NCBI RefSeq assembly: GCF_013167975.1
Contig: NZ_CP038386.1
DNA from: Escherichia coli O55:H7
Lineage (GTDB): Bacteria > Pseudomonadota > Gammaproteobacteria > Enterobacterales > Enterobacteriaceae
Strand: one strand, 5' to 3'
DNA length: 32,000 nucleotides
Both the position numbers and the translations under genes were made by a program. Of the stretch, positions 17,864 through 27,082 are shown piece by piece. The notes beneath the pieces are model-generated. The model had not been told where the DNA came from and ran no database searches. It saw only the letters and a list, made by a program, of their open reading frames with translations. The stretch's first letter is position 1, and each line of letters begins with the position of its first letter.

Positions 17864-18187
17864 ATGGATGCACAAACACGCCGCCGCGAACGTCGCGCAG
17901 AGAAACAGGCTCAATGGAAAGCAGCAAATCCCCTGTTGGTTGGGGTAAGCGCAAAACCAGTTAACCGCCCTATTCTCTCGCTGAATCGCAAACCGAAATC
18001 ACGAGTAGAAAGCGCACTAAATCCGATAGACCTTACAGTGCTGGCTGAATACCACAAACAGATTGAAAGCAACCTGCAACGTATTGAGCGCAAGAATCAG
18101 CGCACATGGTACAGCAAGCCTGGCGAACGCGGCATAACATGCAGTGGACGCCAGAAAATTAAGGGAAAATCGATTCCTCTTACCTAG
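17864..18187 (+). CDS. N: Early antitermination protein N, lambda type
   Basis: 107 aa MDAQTRRRERRAEKQAQWKAANPLLVGVSAKPVNRPILSLNRKPKSRVESALNPIDLTVLAEYHKQIESNLQRIERKNQRTWYSKPGERGITCSGRQKIKGKSIPLT. Confidence 0.97.
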   Translation: MDAQTRRRERRAEKQAQWKAANPLLVGVSAKPVNRPILSLNRKPKSRVESALNPIDLTVLAEYHKQIESNLQRIERKNQRTWYSKPGERGITCSGRQKIKGKSIPLT

Positions 18188-18742
18188 TTACTTAGATATT
18201 GGCCTTGGCTTTATCTCAATATTATATGGATCATAGCTGGCAACTAATTCAGTCCAGTAAATATCCTCAATAGGGAATAATATATGCTTCCCGTTCCATC
18301 GGGAAAAAGTTTTGTTCAACACACCAAGCTCAATCAACTCACTAATGTATGGGAATTGTTTTGATGTAACCACATACTTCCTGCCTTCATTAAGGGCTGC
18401 GCACAAAACCATAGATTGCTCTTCTGTAAGGTTTTGAATTACTGATCGCACTTTATCGTTTTGCATCTTAATGCGTTTTCTTAGCTTAAATCGCTTATAT
18501 CTGGCGCTGGCAATAGCTGATAATCGATGCACATTAATTGCTAGCGAAAATGCAAGAGCAAAGACGAAAACATGCCACACATGAGGAATACCGATTCTCT
18601 CATTAACATATTCAGGCCAGTTATCTGGGCTTAAAAGCAGAAGTCCAACCCAGATAACGATCATATACATGGTTCTCTCCAGAGGTTCATTACTGAACAC
18701 TCGTCCGAGAATAACGAGTGGATCCATTTCTATACTCATCAA
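18188..18742 (-). CDS. sieB: Superinfection exclusion protein SieB
   Basis: MDPLVILGRVFSNEPLERTMYMIVIWVGLLLLSPDNWPEYVNERIGIPHVWHVFVFALAFSLAINVHRLSAI...; lambda-type SieB on the strand opposite N. Confidence 0.92.
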   Translation of the reverse strand: MMSIEMDPLVILGRVFSNEPLERTMYMIVIWVGLLLLSPDNWPEYVNERIGIPHVWHVFVFALAFSLAINVHRLSAIASARYKRFKLRKRIKMQNDKVRSVIQNLTEEQSMVLCAALNEGRKYVVTSKQFPYISELIELGVLNKTFSRWNGKHILFPIEDIYWTELVASYDPYNIEIKPRPISK

Positions 18743-18866
18743 ACTGTAGGGGTTGTAATAGTTTATCCGATTTCTCGCTGTAGGGGTACACGAGAACCAC
18801 CGAGCCTGATGTGGTTAAAAGACAGGCACAATCTTTACTACCGCAATCCACTATTTAAGGTGATAT

Positions 18867-18953
18867 ATGGAAGAAGAATTTGAAGAGTTCGAAGAGCATC
18901 CTCAGGATGTGATGGAACAATACCAGGACTATCCGTATGACTACGACTATTGA
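18867..18953 (+). CDS. Tiny acidic protein (28 aa) overlapping the start of ral
   Basis: ATG after AAGGTGATAT gives MEEEFEEFEEHPQDVMEQYQDYPYDYDY*; stop overlaps ral out of frame. Confidence 0.65.
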   Translation: MEEEFEEFEEHPQDVMEQYQDYPYDYDY

Positions 18954-19137
18954 TAAAAATCAATGGTGTGGACAATTCAAGCGATGCAATGGATGCAAGC
19001 TGCAATCGGAATGCATGGTTAAGCCTGAAGAAATGTTTCCTGTAATGGAAGATGGGAAATATGTCGATAAATGGGCAATACGAACTACGGCAATGATTGC
19101 CAGAGAACTTGGCAAACAGAAAAACAAGGCTGCCTGA
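18937..19137 (+). CDS. ral: Ral restriction alleviation protein
   Basis: 66 aa MTTTIDKNQWCGQFKRCNGCKLQSECMVKPEEMFPVMEDGKYVDKWAIRTTAMIARELGKQKNKAA is near-identical to lambda Ral. Confidence 0.95.
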   Translation: MTTTIDKNQWCGQFKRCNGCKLQSECMVKPEEMFPVMEDGKYVDKWAIRTTAMIARELGKQKNKAA

Positions 19138-19217
19138 TGGTGGCCTTTATTTTTGGCATAAACAACAGAATAAACACTGCACTGTGTATTCATTCCAACG
19201 AGTGAATACACGGAGCA

Positions 19218-19313
19218 ATGTCGCTCGTAACTAAACAGGAGCCGACTTGTTCTGATTATTGGAAATCTTCTTTGCCCTCCAATGTGAGGGCTTTTTTATA
19301 TGCATACCAATAA
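19218..19313 (+). CDS. Tiny ORF (31 aa) overlapping an intrinsic terminator
   Basis: GGAG-CA-ATG gives MSLVTKQEPTCSDYWKSSLPSNVRAFLYAYQ*; preceded by a perfect GTGTATTCA/TGAATACAC inverted repeat. Confidence 0.4.
   Translation: MSLVTKQEPTCSDYWKSSLPSNVRAFLYAYQ
19274..19298 (+). terminator. Early leftward-operon terminator (tL-like)
   Basis: GCCCTC-CAATGT-GAGGGC followed by TTTTTTA. Confidence 0.8.
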
Positions 19314-19360
19314 CGATTCACTCGAGGCGTTTTTCGTTATGTATAAATAAGGAGCACACC

Positions 19361-19525
19361 ATGCAATATGCCATTGCAGGGTGGCCTGTTGCTGGCTGCC
19401 CTTCCGAATCTTTACTTGAACGAATCACCCGTAAATTACGTGACGGATGGAAACGCCTTATCGACATACTTAATCAGCCAGGAGTCCCAAAGAATGGATC
19501 AAACACTTATGGCTATCCAGACTAA
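19361..19525 (+). CDS. cIII: CIII protease inhibitor/regulator
   Basis: 54 aa [54 protein letters not shown], as lambda CIII. Confidence 0.95.
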   Translation: MQYAIAGWPVAGCPSESLLERITRKLRDGWKRLIDILNQPGVPKNGSNTYGYPD

Positions 19526-19637
19526 ATTCACTATCGCCACTTTTATTGGCGATGAAAAGATGTTTCGTGAAGCCGTCGACGCTTATAAAAAATGGATATT
19601 AATACTGAAACTGAGATCAAGCAAAAGCATTCACTAA
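19494..19637 (+). CDS. kil: Kil, FtsZ-targeting host killing protein
   Basis: 47 aa [47 protein letters not shown], lambda Kil; overlaps the cIII end. Confidence 0.92.
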   Translation: MDQTLMAIQTKFTIATFIGDEKMFREAVDAYKKWILILKLRSSKSIH

Positions 19638-19710
19638 CCCCTTTCCTGTTTTCCTAATCAGCCCGGCATTTCGCGGGCGATATTTTCACAGCTATTTCAG
19701 GAGTTCGGCC

Positions 19711-20007
19711 ATGAACGCTTATTACATTCAGGATCGTCTTGAGGCTCAGAGCTGGGCGCGTCACTACCAGCAGATAGCCCGTGAAGAGAAAGAGGCAGAA
19801 CTGGCAGACGACATGGAAAAAGGCCTGCCCCAGCACCTGTTTGAATCGCTATGCATCGGTCATTTGCAACGCCACGGGGCCAGCAAAAAAGCCATTACCC
19901 GTGCGTTTGATGACGATGTTGAGTTTCAGGAGCGCATGGCAGAACACATCCGGTACATGGTTGAAACCATTGCTCACCATCAGGTTGATATTGATTCAGA
20001 GGTATAA
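19711..20007 (+). CDS. gam: Gam, host nuclease inhibitor
   Basis: 98 aa [98 protein letters not shown]. Confidence 0.95.
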   Translation: MNAYYIQDRLEAQSWARHYQQIAREEKEAELADDMEKGLPQHLFESLCIGHLQRHGASKKAITRAFDDDVEFQERMAEHIRYMVETIAHHQVDIDSEV

Positions 20008-20012
20008 AACGG

Positions 20013-20798
20013 ATGAGTACAGCACTCGCAACGCTGGCAGGGAAGCTGGCTGAACGTGTCGGCATGGATTCTGTCGACCCACAGGAACTGATCACCACTC
20101 TTCGCCAGACGGCATTTAAAGGCGATGCCAGCGATGCGCAGTTCATCACATTGTTGATCGTCGCCAACCAGTACGGCCTTAATCCGTGGACGAAAGAAAT
20201 TTACGCCTTCCCTGATAAGCAGAACGGCATCGTTCCGGTGGTGGGCGTTGATGGCTGGTCCCGCATCATCAATGAAAACCAGCAGTTTGATGGCATGGAC
20301 TTTGAGCAGGACAATGAATCCTGTACATGCCGGATTTACCGCAAGGACCGTAATCATCCGATCTGCGTTACCGAATGGATGGATGAATGCCGCCGCGAAC
20401 CATTCAAAACCCGCGAAGGCAGAGAAATCACGGGGCCGTGGCAGTCGCATCCTAAACGGATGTTACGGCATAAAGCTATGATTCAGTGTGCCCGTCTGGC
20501 CTTCGGATTTGCTGGTATCTATGACAAGGATGAAGCCGAGCGCATTGTCGAAAATACTGCATACACTGCAGAACGCCAGCCGGAACGCGACATCACTCCG
20601 GTTAACGATGAAACCATGCAGGAGATTAACACTCTGCTAATCGCCCTGGATAAAACATGGGATGACGACTTATTGCCGCTCTGTTCCCAGATATTTCGCC
20701 GCGACATTCGCGCATCGTCAGAACTGACACAGGCCGAAGCAGTGAAAGCTCTTGGATTCCTGAAACAGAAAGCCACTGAGCAGAAGGTGGCAGCATGA
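20013..20798 (+). CDS. bet: Bet single-strand annealing recombinase
   Basis: 261 aa [82 protein letters not shown]. Confidence 0.97.
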   Translation: MSTALATLAGKLAERVGMDSVDPQELITTLRQTAFKGDASDAQFITLLIVANQYGLNPWTKEIYAFPDKQNGIVPVVGVDGWSRIINENQQFDGMDFEQDNESCTCRIYRKDRNHPICVTEWMDECRREPFKTREGREITGPWQSHPKRMLRHKAMIQCARLAFGFAGIYDKDEAERIVENTAYTAERQPERDITPVNDETMQEINTLLIALDKTWDDDLLPLCSQIFRRDIRASSELTQAEAVKALGFLKQKATEQKVAA

Positions 20799-21475
20799 CA
20801 CCGGACATTATCCTGCAGCGTACCGGGATCGACGTGAGAGCTGTCGAACAGGGGGATGATGCATGGCACAAATTACGGCTCGGCGTCATCACCGCTTCAG
20901 AAGTTCACAACGTGATAGCAAAGCCCCGCTCAGGAAAGAAGTGGCCTGACATGAAAATGTCCTACTTCCACACCCTGCTGGCTGAGGTTTGCACCGGTGT
21001 GGCTCCGGAAGTTAATGCTAAGGCGCTGGCCTGGGGAAAACAGTACGAGAACGACGCCAGAACCCTGTTTGAATTCACTTCCGGCGTGAATGTTACTGAA
21101 TCCCCGATCATCTATCGCGACGAAAGTATGCGCACCGCCTGCTCTCCCGATGGTTTATGCAGTGACGGCAACGGCCTTGAGCTGAAATGCCCGTTTACCT
21201 CCCGGGATTTCATGAAGTTCAGGCTCGGTGGTTTCGAGGCCATAAAGTCGGCTTACATGGCCCAGGTGCAGTACAGCATGTGGGTGACGCGAAAAGATGC
21301 CTGGTACTTTGCCAACTATGACCCGCGTATGAAGCGTGAAGGCCTGCATTATGTCGTGGTTGAGCGGGATGAAAAGTACATGGCGGGTTTTGACGAGATG
21401 GTGCCGGAGTTCATCGAAAAAATGGACGAGGCACTGGCTGAAATTGGTTTTGTATTTGGGGAGCAATGGCGATGA
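20795..21475 (+). CDS. exo: Exo 5'-3' exonuclease
   Basis: 226 aa [68 protein letters not shown]. Confidence 0.97.
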   Translation: MTPDIILQRTGIDVRAVEQGDDAWHKLRLGVITASEVHNVIAKPRSGKKWPDMKMSYFHTLLAEVCTGVAPEVNAKALAWGKQYENDARTLFEFTSGVNVTESPIIYRDESMRTACSPDGLCSDGNGLELKCPFTSRDFMKFRLGGFEAIKSAYMAQVQYSMWVTRKDAWYFANYDPRMKREGLHYVVVERDEKYMAGFDEMVPEFIEKMDEALAEIGFVFGEQWR

Positions 21476-21654
21476 AGCATCCTCACGATAATATCCGCGT
21501 AGGCACGATCACTTTCGTCTACTCCGTTACGAAGCGAGGCTGGGTATTTCCCGGCCTTTCTGTTATCCGAAATCCGCTGAAAGCCCAGCGGCTGGCTGAG
21601 GAGATAAATAATAAACGGGAGGCGATATGCACAAAGCATCTCCTGTTGAGTTAA
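21466..21654 (+). CDS. Small early protein, lambda orf60a-like
   Basis: 62 aa [62 protein letters not shown]; position after exo. Confidence 0.8.
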   Translation: MAMKHPHDNIRVGTITFVYSVTKRGWVFPGLSVIRNPLKAQRLAEEINNKREAICTKHLLLS

Positions 21655-21818
21655 GAACGAGTATTGAGATGGCACATAGCCTTGCTCAAATTGGAGTCAG
21701 GTTTGTGCCAATACCAGTAGAAACAGACGAAGAATTTCATACGTTAGCCACATCCCTTTCGCAAAAGCTGGAAATGATGGTGGCGAAAGCAGAAGCAGAT
21801 GAGAGAGACCTGGTATGA
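21627..21818 (+). CDS. Small early protein, lambda orf63-like
   Basis: 63 aa [63 protein letters not shown]. Confidence 0.8.
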   Translation: MHKASPVELRTSIEMAHSLAQIGVRFVPIPVETDEEFHTLATSLSQKLEMMVAKAEADERDLV

Positions 21819-21898
21819 CAACCACTGAATGCATTTTTCTGGCAGCGGGCTTCATATTCTGTGTGCTTATGCTTGCCGACATGGGACTTGTTCAATGA
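21815..21898 (+). CDS. Tiny single-pass membrane protein (27 aa)
   Basis: MTTTECIFLAAGFIFCVLMLADMGLVQ*; start overlaps the upstream stop (ATGA-type junctions on both sides), in the conserved early block. Confidence 0.7.
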   Translation: MTTTECIFLAAGFIFCVLMLADMGLVQ

Positions 21899-22110
21899 CA
21901 CCTCAGCAAGAAAACGCCCTTCGCAGTATTGCCCGTCAGGCTAATTCTGAAATCAAAAAAGCCAGACAGCAGTTTCCGGATAAAAACGTCGATGACATTT
22001 GCCGTAGCGTACTGAAGAAGCACCGCGAAACGGTAACGCTGATGGGATTCACACCGACTCACTTAAGTCTGGCAATCGGTATGTTAAACGGCGTCTTTAA
22101 GGAACGGTGA
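21895..22110 (+). CDS. Conserved lambdoid early protein of unknown function
   Basis: 71 aa MTPQQENALRSIARQANSEIKKARQQFPDKNVDDICRSVLKKHRETVTLMGFTPTHLSLAIGMLNGVFKER; overlaps the preceding tiny ORF. Confidence 0.75.
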   Translation: MTPQQENALRSIARQANSEIKKARQQFPDKNVDDICRSVLKKHRETVTLMGFTPTHLSLAIGMLNGVFKER

Positions 22111-22112
22111 AC

Positions 22113-22202
22113 ATGAAAAGCAAAATCATCAGGGAGCTACAGGCTCCTTTTTTATTATTCGCATTCACTCTCAAGCGTATTAACCAACAATTCAGGGATT
22201 AA
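22113..22202 (+). CDS. Tiny ORF (29 aa) containing a terminator hairpin
   Basis: MKSKIIRELQAPFLLFAFTLKRINQQFRD*; starts 2 nt after the upstream stop. Confidence 0.45.
   Translation: MKSKIIRELQAPFLLFAFTLKRINQQFRD
22133..22154 (+). terminator. Intrinsic terminator-like hairpin in the leftward operon
   Basis: GGAGC-CTACAG-GCTCC-type stem (GGAGCTACAGGCTCC) followed by TTTTTT. Confidence 0.55.
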
Positions 22203-22208
22203 TGGAAG

Positions 22209-22430
22209 ATGGCAGACATCATTGATTCAGCATCAGAAATTGAAGAATTACAGCGCAACACAGCAATAAAAATGCACCGCCTGAACCACCAGGCTATATC
22301 TGCCACTCATTGTTGTGAGTGTGGCGATCCGATAGATGAACTAAGACGTCTGGCCGTTCAGGGTTGTCGGACTTGTGCAAGTTGCCAGAAGGATCTGGAG
22401 CTTATCAGTAAACAGAGAGGTTCGAAGTGA
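22209..22430 (+). CDS. TraR/DksA-type C4 zinc finger protein
   Basis: 73 aa MADIIDSASEIEELQRNTAIKMHRLNHQAISATHCCECGDPIDELRRLAVQGCRTCASCQKDLELISKQRGSK; C-x2-C...C-x2-C. Confidence 0.85.
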   Translation: MADIIDSASEIEELQRNTAIKMHRLNHQAISATHCCECGDPIDELRRLAVQGCRTCASCQKDLELISKQRGSK

Positions 22431-22933
22431 GCGAAATTAACTCTCAGGCACTGCGTGAGGCGGCAGAAAAAGCAACGTGTGGTGAGCGGTCGCTCGAATA
22501 TGGAGAGAGCCGATTTGATGGTGATGATGCGCTAATTCATCGTGAAGTTGCTGGATATATTCCTATTTGCAGAATTGAAGGAGCGCATCCAGAAAGCGGT
22601 TTCGATGAAGATTTCCAAATGGAACAGCAGGCCAATGCTGAATTCATCGCCGCAGCCAATCCTGCTACCGTCTTGGCACTGCTGGATGAACGGGAAAGAA
22701 ACCAGCAATACATCAAATCACGCGACCAAGAGAGCGAGGAAATTGCGCTAACGGTAGGGAAGCTGCGTGTTGAGCTGGAAGGCAAAGACAGGCGCATTAC
22801 TGAGGTGACAATGTGGATTAAGCGACTGAGTTCCTCTCTCAAAAACGCCAAACCAGACAGCAAGTTGCCGGATGACGCCATGATCTGGCTAAATAATGAA
22901 GGACTTACCAGTATAGAGGATATTTTACGATGA
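22427..22933 (+). CDS. Ea22/Ead-like early accessory protein
   Basis: 168 aa; ALREAAEKA and ATVLALLDERERNQQYIKSRDQESEEIALTVGKLRVELEG typical of Ead/Ea22-like proteins. Confidence 0.65.
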   Translation: MSEINSQALREAAEKATCGERSLEYGESRFDGDDALIHREVAGYIPICRIEGAHPESGFDEDFQMEQQANAEFIAAANPATVLALLDERERNQQYIKSRDQESEEIALTVGKLRVELEGKDRRITEVTMWIKRLSSSLKNAKPDSKLPDDAMIWLNNEGLTSIEDILR

Positions 22934-23694
22934 GCACTTTTACCAAAGAATGGCTACAAAATACGATTACCAGTATTGAGTCAGCACGAGATGAAATGCC
23001 ATTCGGACTCGACAACGATCAAGCACACATGCTTACAGCATTTAAAATCGCTCTCGCCTCACTGGAACGCGAACAGATTCGCCACGAGCATGCCAAATGG
23101 TCTGACTCCACATTTGGCTGCGTTGGCCCCATTGGTCCACTGAAACACCTCTCAAAAGAGGCTCTGGAAGCCGCAGCCGAACCAGACGATCTTAGCGAGT
23201 GGGCTGATATGCAGTTTCTGTTGTGGGATGCACAGCGCCGTGCCGGCATCAGCGATGCTGAAATTACCGCTGCTATGGAAGATAAATTGAAGATCAACAT
23301 GGAGCGCCAGTGGCCTGAGCCAAAAGATGGTGAGCCTCGCTTGCACATTAAAGAACCCGGCAACTCTCCGGTAACTCCGGATGGTTTATCCACGGTATGC
23401 GCTGAGGCTTATCAGGTTGTAGGAGTTATGGCAGATGCGCTTGGTGTATTCGGTGATGCAGCAGTACAGAAAGTTCTGGATAACCTGTCACAGCAAAAAC
23501 TTGTTCACAGAGATGTGCTGCCGTTCTCGCTTCCGGTAACTCCGGATGGTTGGGTTATGGTTCCTAAACAGGTAACGCCGGAAATCAGCAACGCGATAAA
23601 CGTTGTGGGTCAACGCTGTACATGCGGAAATTGCTCTCAGCGGTTGTGGGATTTATTACTCGACGCCACACAGCAAGGAGTTAACCGTGGCTAA
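22930..23694 (+). CDS. DUF550 (MazG/dATP-dGTP pyrophosphohydrolase-like) domain protein
   Basis: HAKWSDSTFGCVGPIGPLKHLSKEALEAAAEPDDLSEWADMQFLLWDAQRRAGISDAEITAAMEDKLKINMERQWPEPKDGEPRLHI. Confidence 0.75.
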   Translation: MSTFTKEWLQNTITSIESARDEMPFGLDNDQAHMLTAFKIALASLEREQIRHEHAKWSDSTFGCVGPIGPLKHLSKEALEAAAEPDDLSEWADMQFLLWDAQRRAGISDAEITAAMEDKLKINMERQWPEPKDGEPRLHIKEPGNSPVTPDGLSTVCAEAYQVVGVMADALGVFGDAAVQKVLDNLSQQKLVHRDVLPFSLPVTPDGWVMVPKQVTPEISNAINVVGQRCTCGNCSQRLWDLLLDATQQGVNRG

Positions 23695-23794
23695 CCTGCA
23701 ACTTGCCGTCAAAGGTGAATAACAATCCTCGCACTCGCGGGGATTTCTTTTATCTGAACTCGCTACGGCGGGTTTTGTTTTATGGAGACAAGAA

Positions 23795-24139
23795 ATGTCA
23801 GATTTGGCTATGAAGGTTTTGAAATGGCAATCGACTGGCGATGTCGGCATCAGTAGCGCAACTCTTGCCTCAATCGCATGTGGCCTGAAAAAGAATATCT
23901 ATGGTCATAGCTTCGGTGCTCCACATGACGCAGCCGATTTCAGACGATGCGTTGCACTTGTTGAGCAGATTCCAGAAATCAGAGATTCATTCGACAAGGT
24001 TGCAAAGCGCGTTCCGGCATTCAAAGGAATCCTCAACGAATGGGATTCTCTCGTTGCTCTGTTGAAGTCTGAAATGAAGATACACGGAAACAAAGCACCA
24101 GAGACTTACAGAAGAATTAGCGAGTTACGCAAGGACTAA
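23795..24139 (+). CDS. Hypothetical phage protein
   Basis: 114 aa MSDLAMKVLKWQSTGDVGISSATLASIACGLKKNIYGHSFGAPHDAADFRRCVALVEQIPEIRDSFDKVAKRVPAFKG...; located upstream of xis. Confidence 0.65.
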   Translation: MSDLAMKVLKWQSTGDVGISSATLASIACGLKKNIYGHSFGAPHDAADFRRCVALVEQIPEIRDSFDKVAKRVPAFKGILNEWDSLVALLKSEMKIHGNKAPETYRRISELRKD

Positions 24140-24228
24140 CCACAGCCTCACACTCGATGAGGCCTGCCAGCTTCTCAAGATATCCAGACCTACAGCAATC
24201 ATGTCAATCCAATAAATGGAGACTCCAA

Positions 24229-24576
24229 GTGGAAGAAGAAATCTTCACTCGTGAAGAGGCTGCGTCGTATCTGAAGGTAGACAAAGGCACTATCACGCAG
24301 TGGATACGAAGTGGACGACTTCAGGCCGCAAAGATAAATCCAGATAAACCTAAAAGCCCATATCGCATTTGCAAGTCAGACTGCATTGCGGCGCTTAAGT
24401 CTGTGAGACACAATAGCGCGGTGAATGCGGTTGATGTGCAGGAGGTTAAAGCATGTCAATCAAACTGCGCGGTGGCACATGGCACTGCGATTTCGTCGCG
24501 CAAGATGGATCAAGAGTTAGACGCTCTCTTGAAACATCGGACAAAAGGCAAGCGCAAGAACTTCACGATCGTCTGA
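24229..24576 (+). CDS. xis: Excisionase, P22 Xis-like (GTG start)
   Basis: EEEIFTREEAASYLKVDKGTITQWIRSGRLQAAKINPDKPKSPYRICKSDCIAALKS...LDALLKHRTKGKRKNFTIV; MerR/HTH_17-like; overlaps int by 124 nt. Confidence 0.82.
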   Translation: MEEEIFTREEAASYLKVDKGTITQWIRSGRLQAAKINPDKPKSPYRICKSDCIAALKSVRHNSAVNAVDVQEVKACQSNCAVAHGTAISSRKMDQELDALLKHRTKGKRKNFTIV

Positions 24577-25613
24577 AAGCAGAGGCGTGGAGAGTAAAAA
24601 ATCTCGGGGAATCGCCGAAAAAGCTATTCAAGGAAGCCTGCATACGGTGGCTGCGTGAGAAATCGGATAAGAAGTCCATTGATGATGACAAGAGCATTAT
24701 ATCGTTCTGGATGTTGCACTTCAGAGAAACCATTCTCTCTGACATAACAACAGAAAAAATAATGGAGGCGGTAGACGGGATGGAAAACCGCCGCCATCGC
24801 CTGAACTGGGAGATGAGCCGGGACAGGTGTTTGCGGCTTGGCAAGCCAGTGCCGGAGTATAAACCAAAGCTGGCAAGCAAAGGAACGAAGACGCGGCATC
24901 TGGCAATACTTCGCGCTATTCTCAATATGGCTGTTGAATGTGGATGGCTTGACAGGGCGCCAAAAATATCAACACCACGCGTTAAGAATGGACGAATCAG
25001 ATGGCTTACAGAGGAGGAATCGAAGCGCCTGTTTGCAGAAATTGCTCCTCATTTCTTCCCTGTGGTCATGTTCGCAATCACTACAGGTCTTCGCCGCTCC
25101 AACGTTACAGACCTTGAGTGGTCACAGGTCGATCTGGATAAGAAAATGGCATGGATGCACCCTGATGAAACAAAAGCTGGCAATGCGATCGGAGTTCCTC
25201 TTAACGAAACCGCATGCCAGATATTAAGAAAACAGCAGGGGCTCCATAAGAGATGGGTATTTGTCCACACCAAACCTGCCTACCGAAGCGACGGAACAAA
25301 AACAGCAGCGGTAAGGAAGATGAGAACCGACAGCAACAAGGCATGGAAAGGAGCGTTAAAGCGGGCAGGCATTAGCAACTTCCGCTTCCATGACCTGAGG
25401 CATACCTGGGCAAGCTGGCTGGTTCAGTCCGGTGTCTCTCTTCTTGCACTTAAAGAGATGGGAGGATGGGAAACTCTCGAAATGGTTCAAAGATACGCCC
25501 ACCTTTCAGCCGGGCATCTCACCGAGCACGCGAGCAAAATCGATGCGATTATAAGTCGCAATGGCACAAATACGGCACAAGAGGAGAACGTGGTTTACTT
25601 AAATGCGAGGTAA
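24453..25613 (+). CDS. int: Tyrosine-recombinase integrase, P22 type
   Basis: 386 aa; TGLRRSNVTDLEWSQV, HDLRHTWASWLVQSGVSLLALKEMGGW, RYAHLSAGHL catalytic motifs; adjacent to thrW. Confidence 0.95.
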   Translation: MSIKLRGGTWHCDFVAQDGSRVRRSLETSDKRQAQELHDRLKAEAWRVKNLGESPKKLFKEACIRWLREKSDKKSIDDDKSIISFWMLHFRETILSDITTEKIMEAVDGMENRRHRLNWEMSRDRCLRLGKPVPEYKPKLASKGTKTRHLAILRAILNMAVECGWLDRAPKISTPRVKNGRIRWLTEEESKRLFAEIAPHFFPVVMFAITTGLRRSNVTDLEWSQVDLDKKMAWMHPDETKAGNAIGVPLNETACQILRKQQGLHKRWVFVHTKPAYRSDGTKTAAVRKMRTDSNKAWKGALKRAGISNFRFHDLRHTWASWLVQSGVSLLALKEMGGWETLEMVQRYAHLSAGHLTEHASKIDAIISRNGTNTAQEENVVYLNAR

Positions 25614-25627
25614 CTTATTGATTTAAG

Positions 25628-25703
25628 TGGTGCCGATAATAGGAGTCGAACCTACGACCTTCGCATTACGAATGCGCTGCTCTACCAACTGAGCTATATC
25701 GGC
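25628..25703 (-). tRNA. thrW: tRNA-Thr(CGT), thrW; prophage attachment locus
   Basis: Minus strand GCCGATATAGCTCAGTTGGTAGAGCAGCGCATTCGTAATGCGAAGGTCGTAGGTTCGACTCCTATTATCGGCACCA; the 3' end faces the int gene 14 nt away. Confidence 0.96.
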
Positions 25704-25817
25704 CCTGAAAGGACATGTTCACGAACGTGAATCACGGTGGACAAGGTTAAAACTAACCGGGCGATGCGTCAATGGCCTTGTGAATCAAACGGCTACTTTT
25801 GCATCACCCGGTTTTAT

Positions 25818-27071
25818 TTACGCACGAATGGTGTAATCACCAATGCCGATCCACTTGTAAGTGGTCAGTGCTTCCAGCCCCATTGGGCCACGCGCGTGGA
25901 GTTTTTGTGTGCTTACCGCCACTTCCGCACCCAGTCCAAACTGGCCGCCGTCGGTAAAACGCGTAGAGGCGTTAACGTAAACAGCGGACGAATCCACTTC
26001 GTTAATAAAACGCTGGGCGTTGCGCATATCGCGGGTCAGGATCGCATCGGAGTGTTGCGTGCCGTGTTCACGAATATGGGCGATGGCATCGTCAAGATCG
26101 CTGACGATTTTGACGTTCAAATCTAATGACAGAAACTCATCGTCATACTCTTCGGCTTTAACCGCCACCACCTTCGCAGGGCCTGTCTGCAACTGCGCCA
26201 GCGCAGATGCATCTGCGTGTAACGTCACGCCGCTTTCCGCCATTTGTTTGCTTAATGCGGGCAGGAAGCTATAGGCGATGTTTTTATTCACCAGCAACGT
26301 TTCTACCGTATTACATGTGCTCGGACGCTGAGTTTTCGCATTGACGATTACTTTCAGGGCTTCAGCAATCTCTGCACTTTCATCAACATAAATATGGCAT
26401 ACGCCTATACCACCTGTGATCACCGGGATCGTCGACTGCTCGCGGCACAGTTTATGCAAACCAGCCCCGCCGCGCGGGATCAGCATGTCGATGTATTTAT
26501 CCATACGCAGCATTTCACTGACCAGCGCACGGTCAGGATTATCAATCGCCTGCACGGCACCCGCCGGTAAGCCACAGGATTTCAGGGCGTCCTGAATCAC
26601 CACCACCGTTGCCGCGTTAGTGCGACAGGTTTCTTTGCCACCACGCAGGATCACCGCGTTACCGGTTTTCAGGCACAGCGAAGCGACATCAACCGTCACG
26701 TTCGGGCGCGCTTCATAAATCACGCCAATAACCCCCAGCGGTACGCGACGACGCTCAAGACGCAGGCCGCTGTCCAGTACGCCGCCATCGATTACCTGCC
26801 CCACTGGATCGGCGAGGTTGCACACCTGACGTACATCGTCGGCAATGCCTTTCAGCCGTGCGGGCGTCAGTGCCAGACGGTCAAGCATCGCTTCGCTAAG
26901 GCCATTGGCTCGCGCGTCAGCAACATCCTGGGCGTTAGCGTTGAGGATGATTTCGCTTTGTGCTTCCAGTTCATCGGCGATTTTTTCCAGCACGCGATTT
27001 TTTTCGCGGCTGGAGAGTTGCGCTAATTTATACGAGGCTTGCTTCGCGGCAATGCCCATTTGTTCCAGCAT
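25818..27071 (-). CDS. proA: Gamma-glutamyl phosphate reductase
   Basis: 417 aa [68 protein letters not shown]... Confidence 0.97.
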   Translation of the reverse strand: MLEQMGIAAKQASYKLAQLSSREKNRVLEKIADELEAQSEIILNANAQDVADARANGLSEAMLDRLALTPARLKGIADDVRQVCNLADPVGQVIDGGVLDSGLRLERRRVPLGVIGVIYEARPNVTVDVASLCLKTGNAVILRGGKETCRTNAATVVVIQDALKSCGLPAGAVQAIDNPDRALVSEMLRMDKYIDMLIPRGGAGLHKLCREQSTIPVITGGIGVCHIYVDESAEIAEALKVIVNAKTQRPSTCNTVETLLVNKNIAYSFLPALSKQMAESGVTLHADASALAQLQTGPAKVVAVKAEEYDDEFLSLDLNVKIVSDLDDAIAHIREHGTQHSDAILTRDMRNAQRFINEVDSSAVYVNASTRFTDGGQFGLGAEVAVSTQKLHARGPMGLEALTTYKWIGIGDYTIRA

Positions 27072-27082
27072 CAGCCTGCTCC

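Noticed and set aside
20519-20892. Minus-strand ORFs across bet
   Set aside because: Fully contained within bet on the opposite strand, with no domain similarity.
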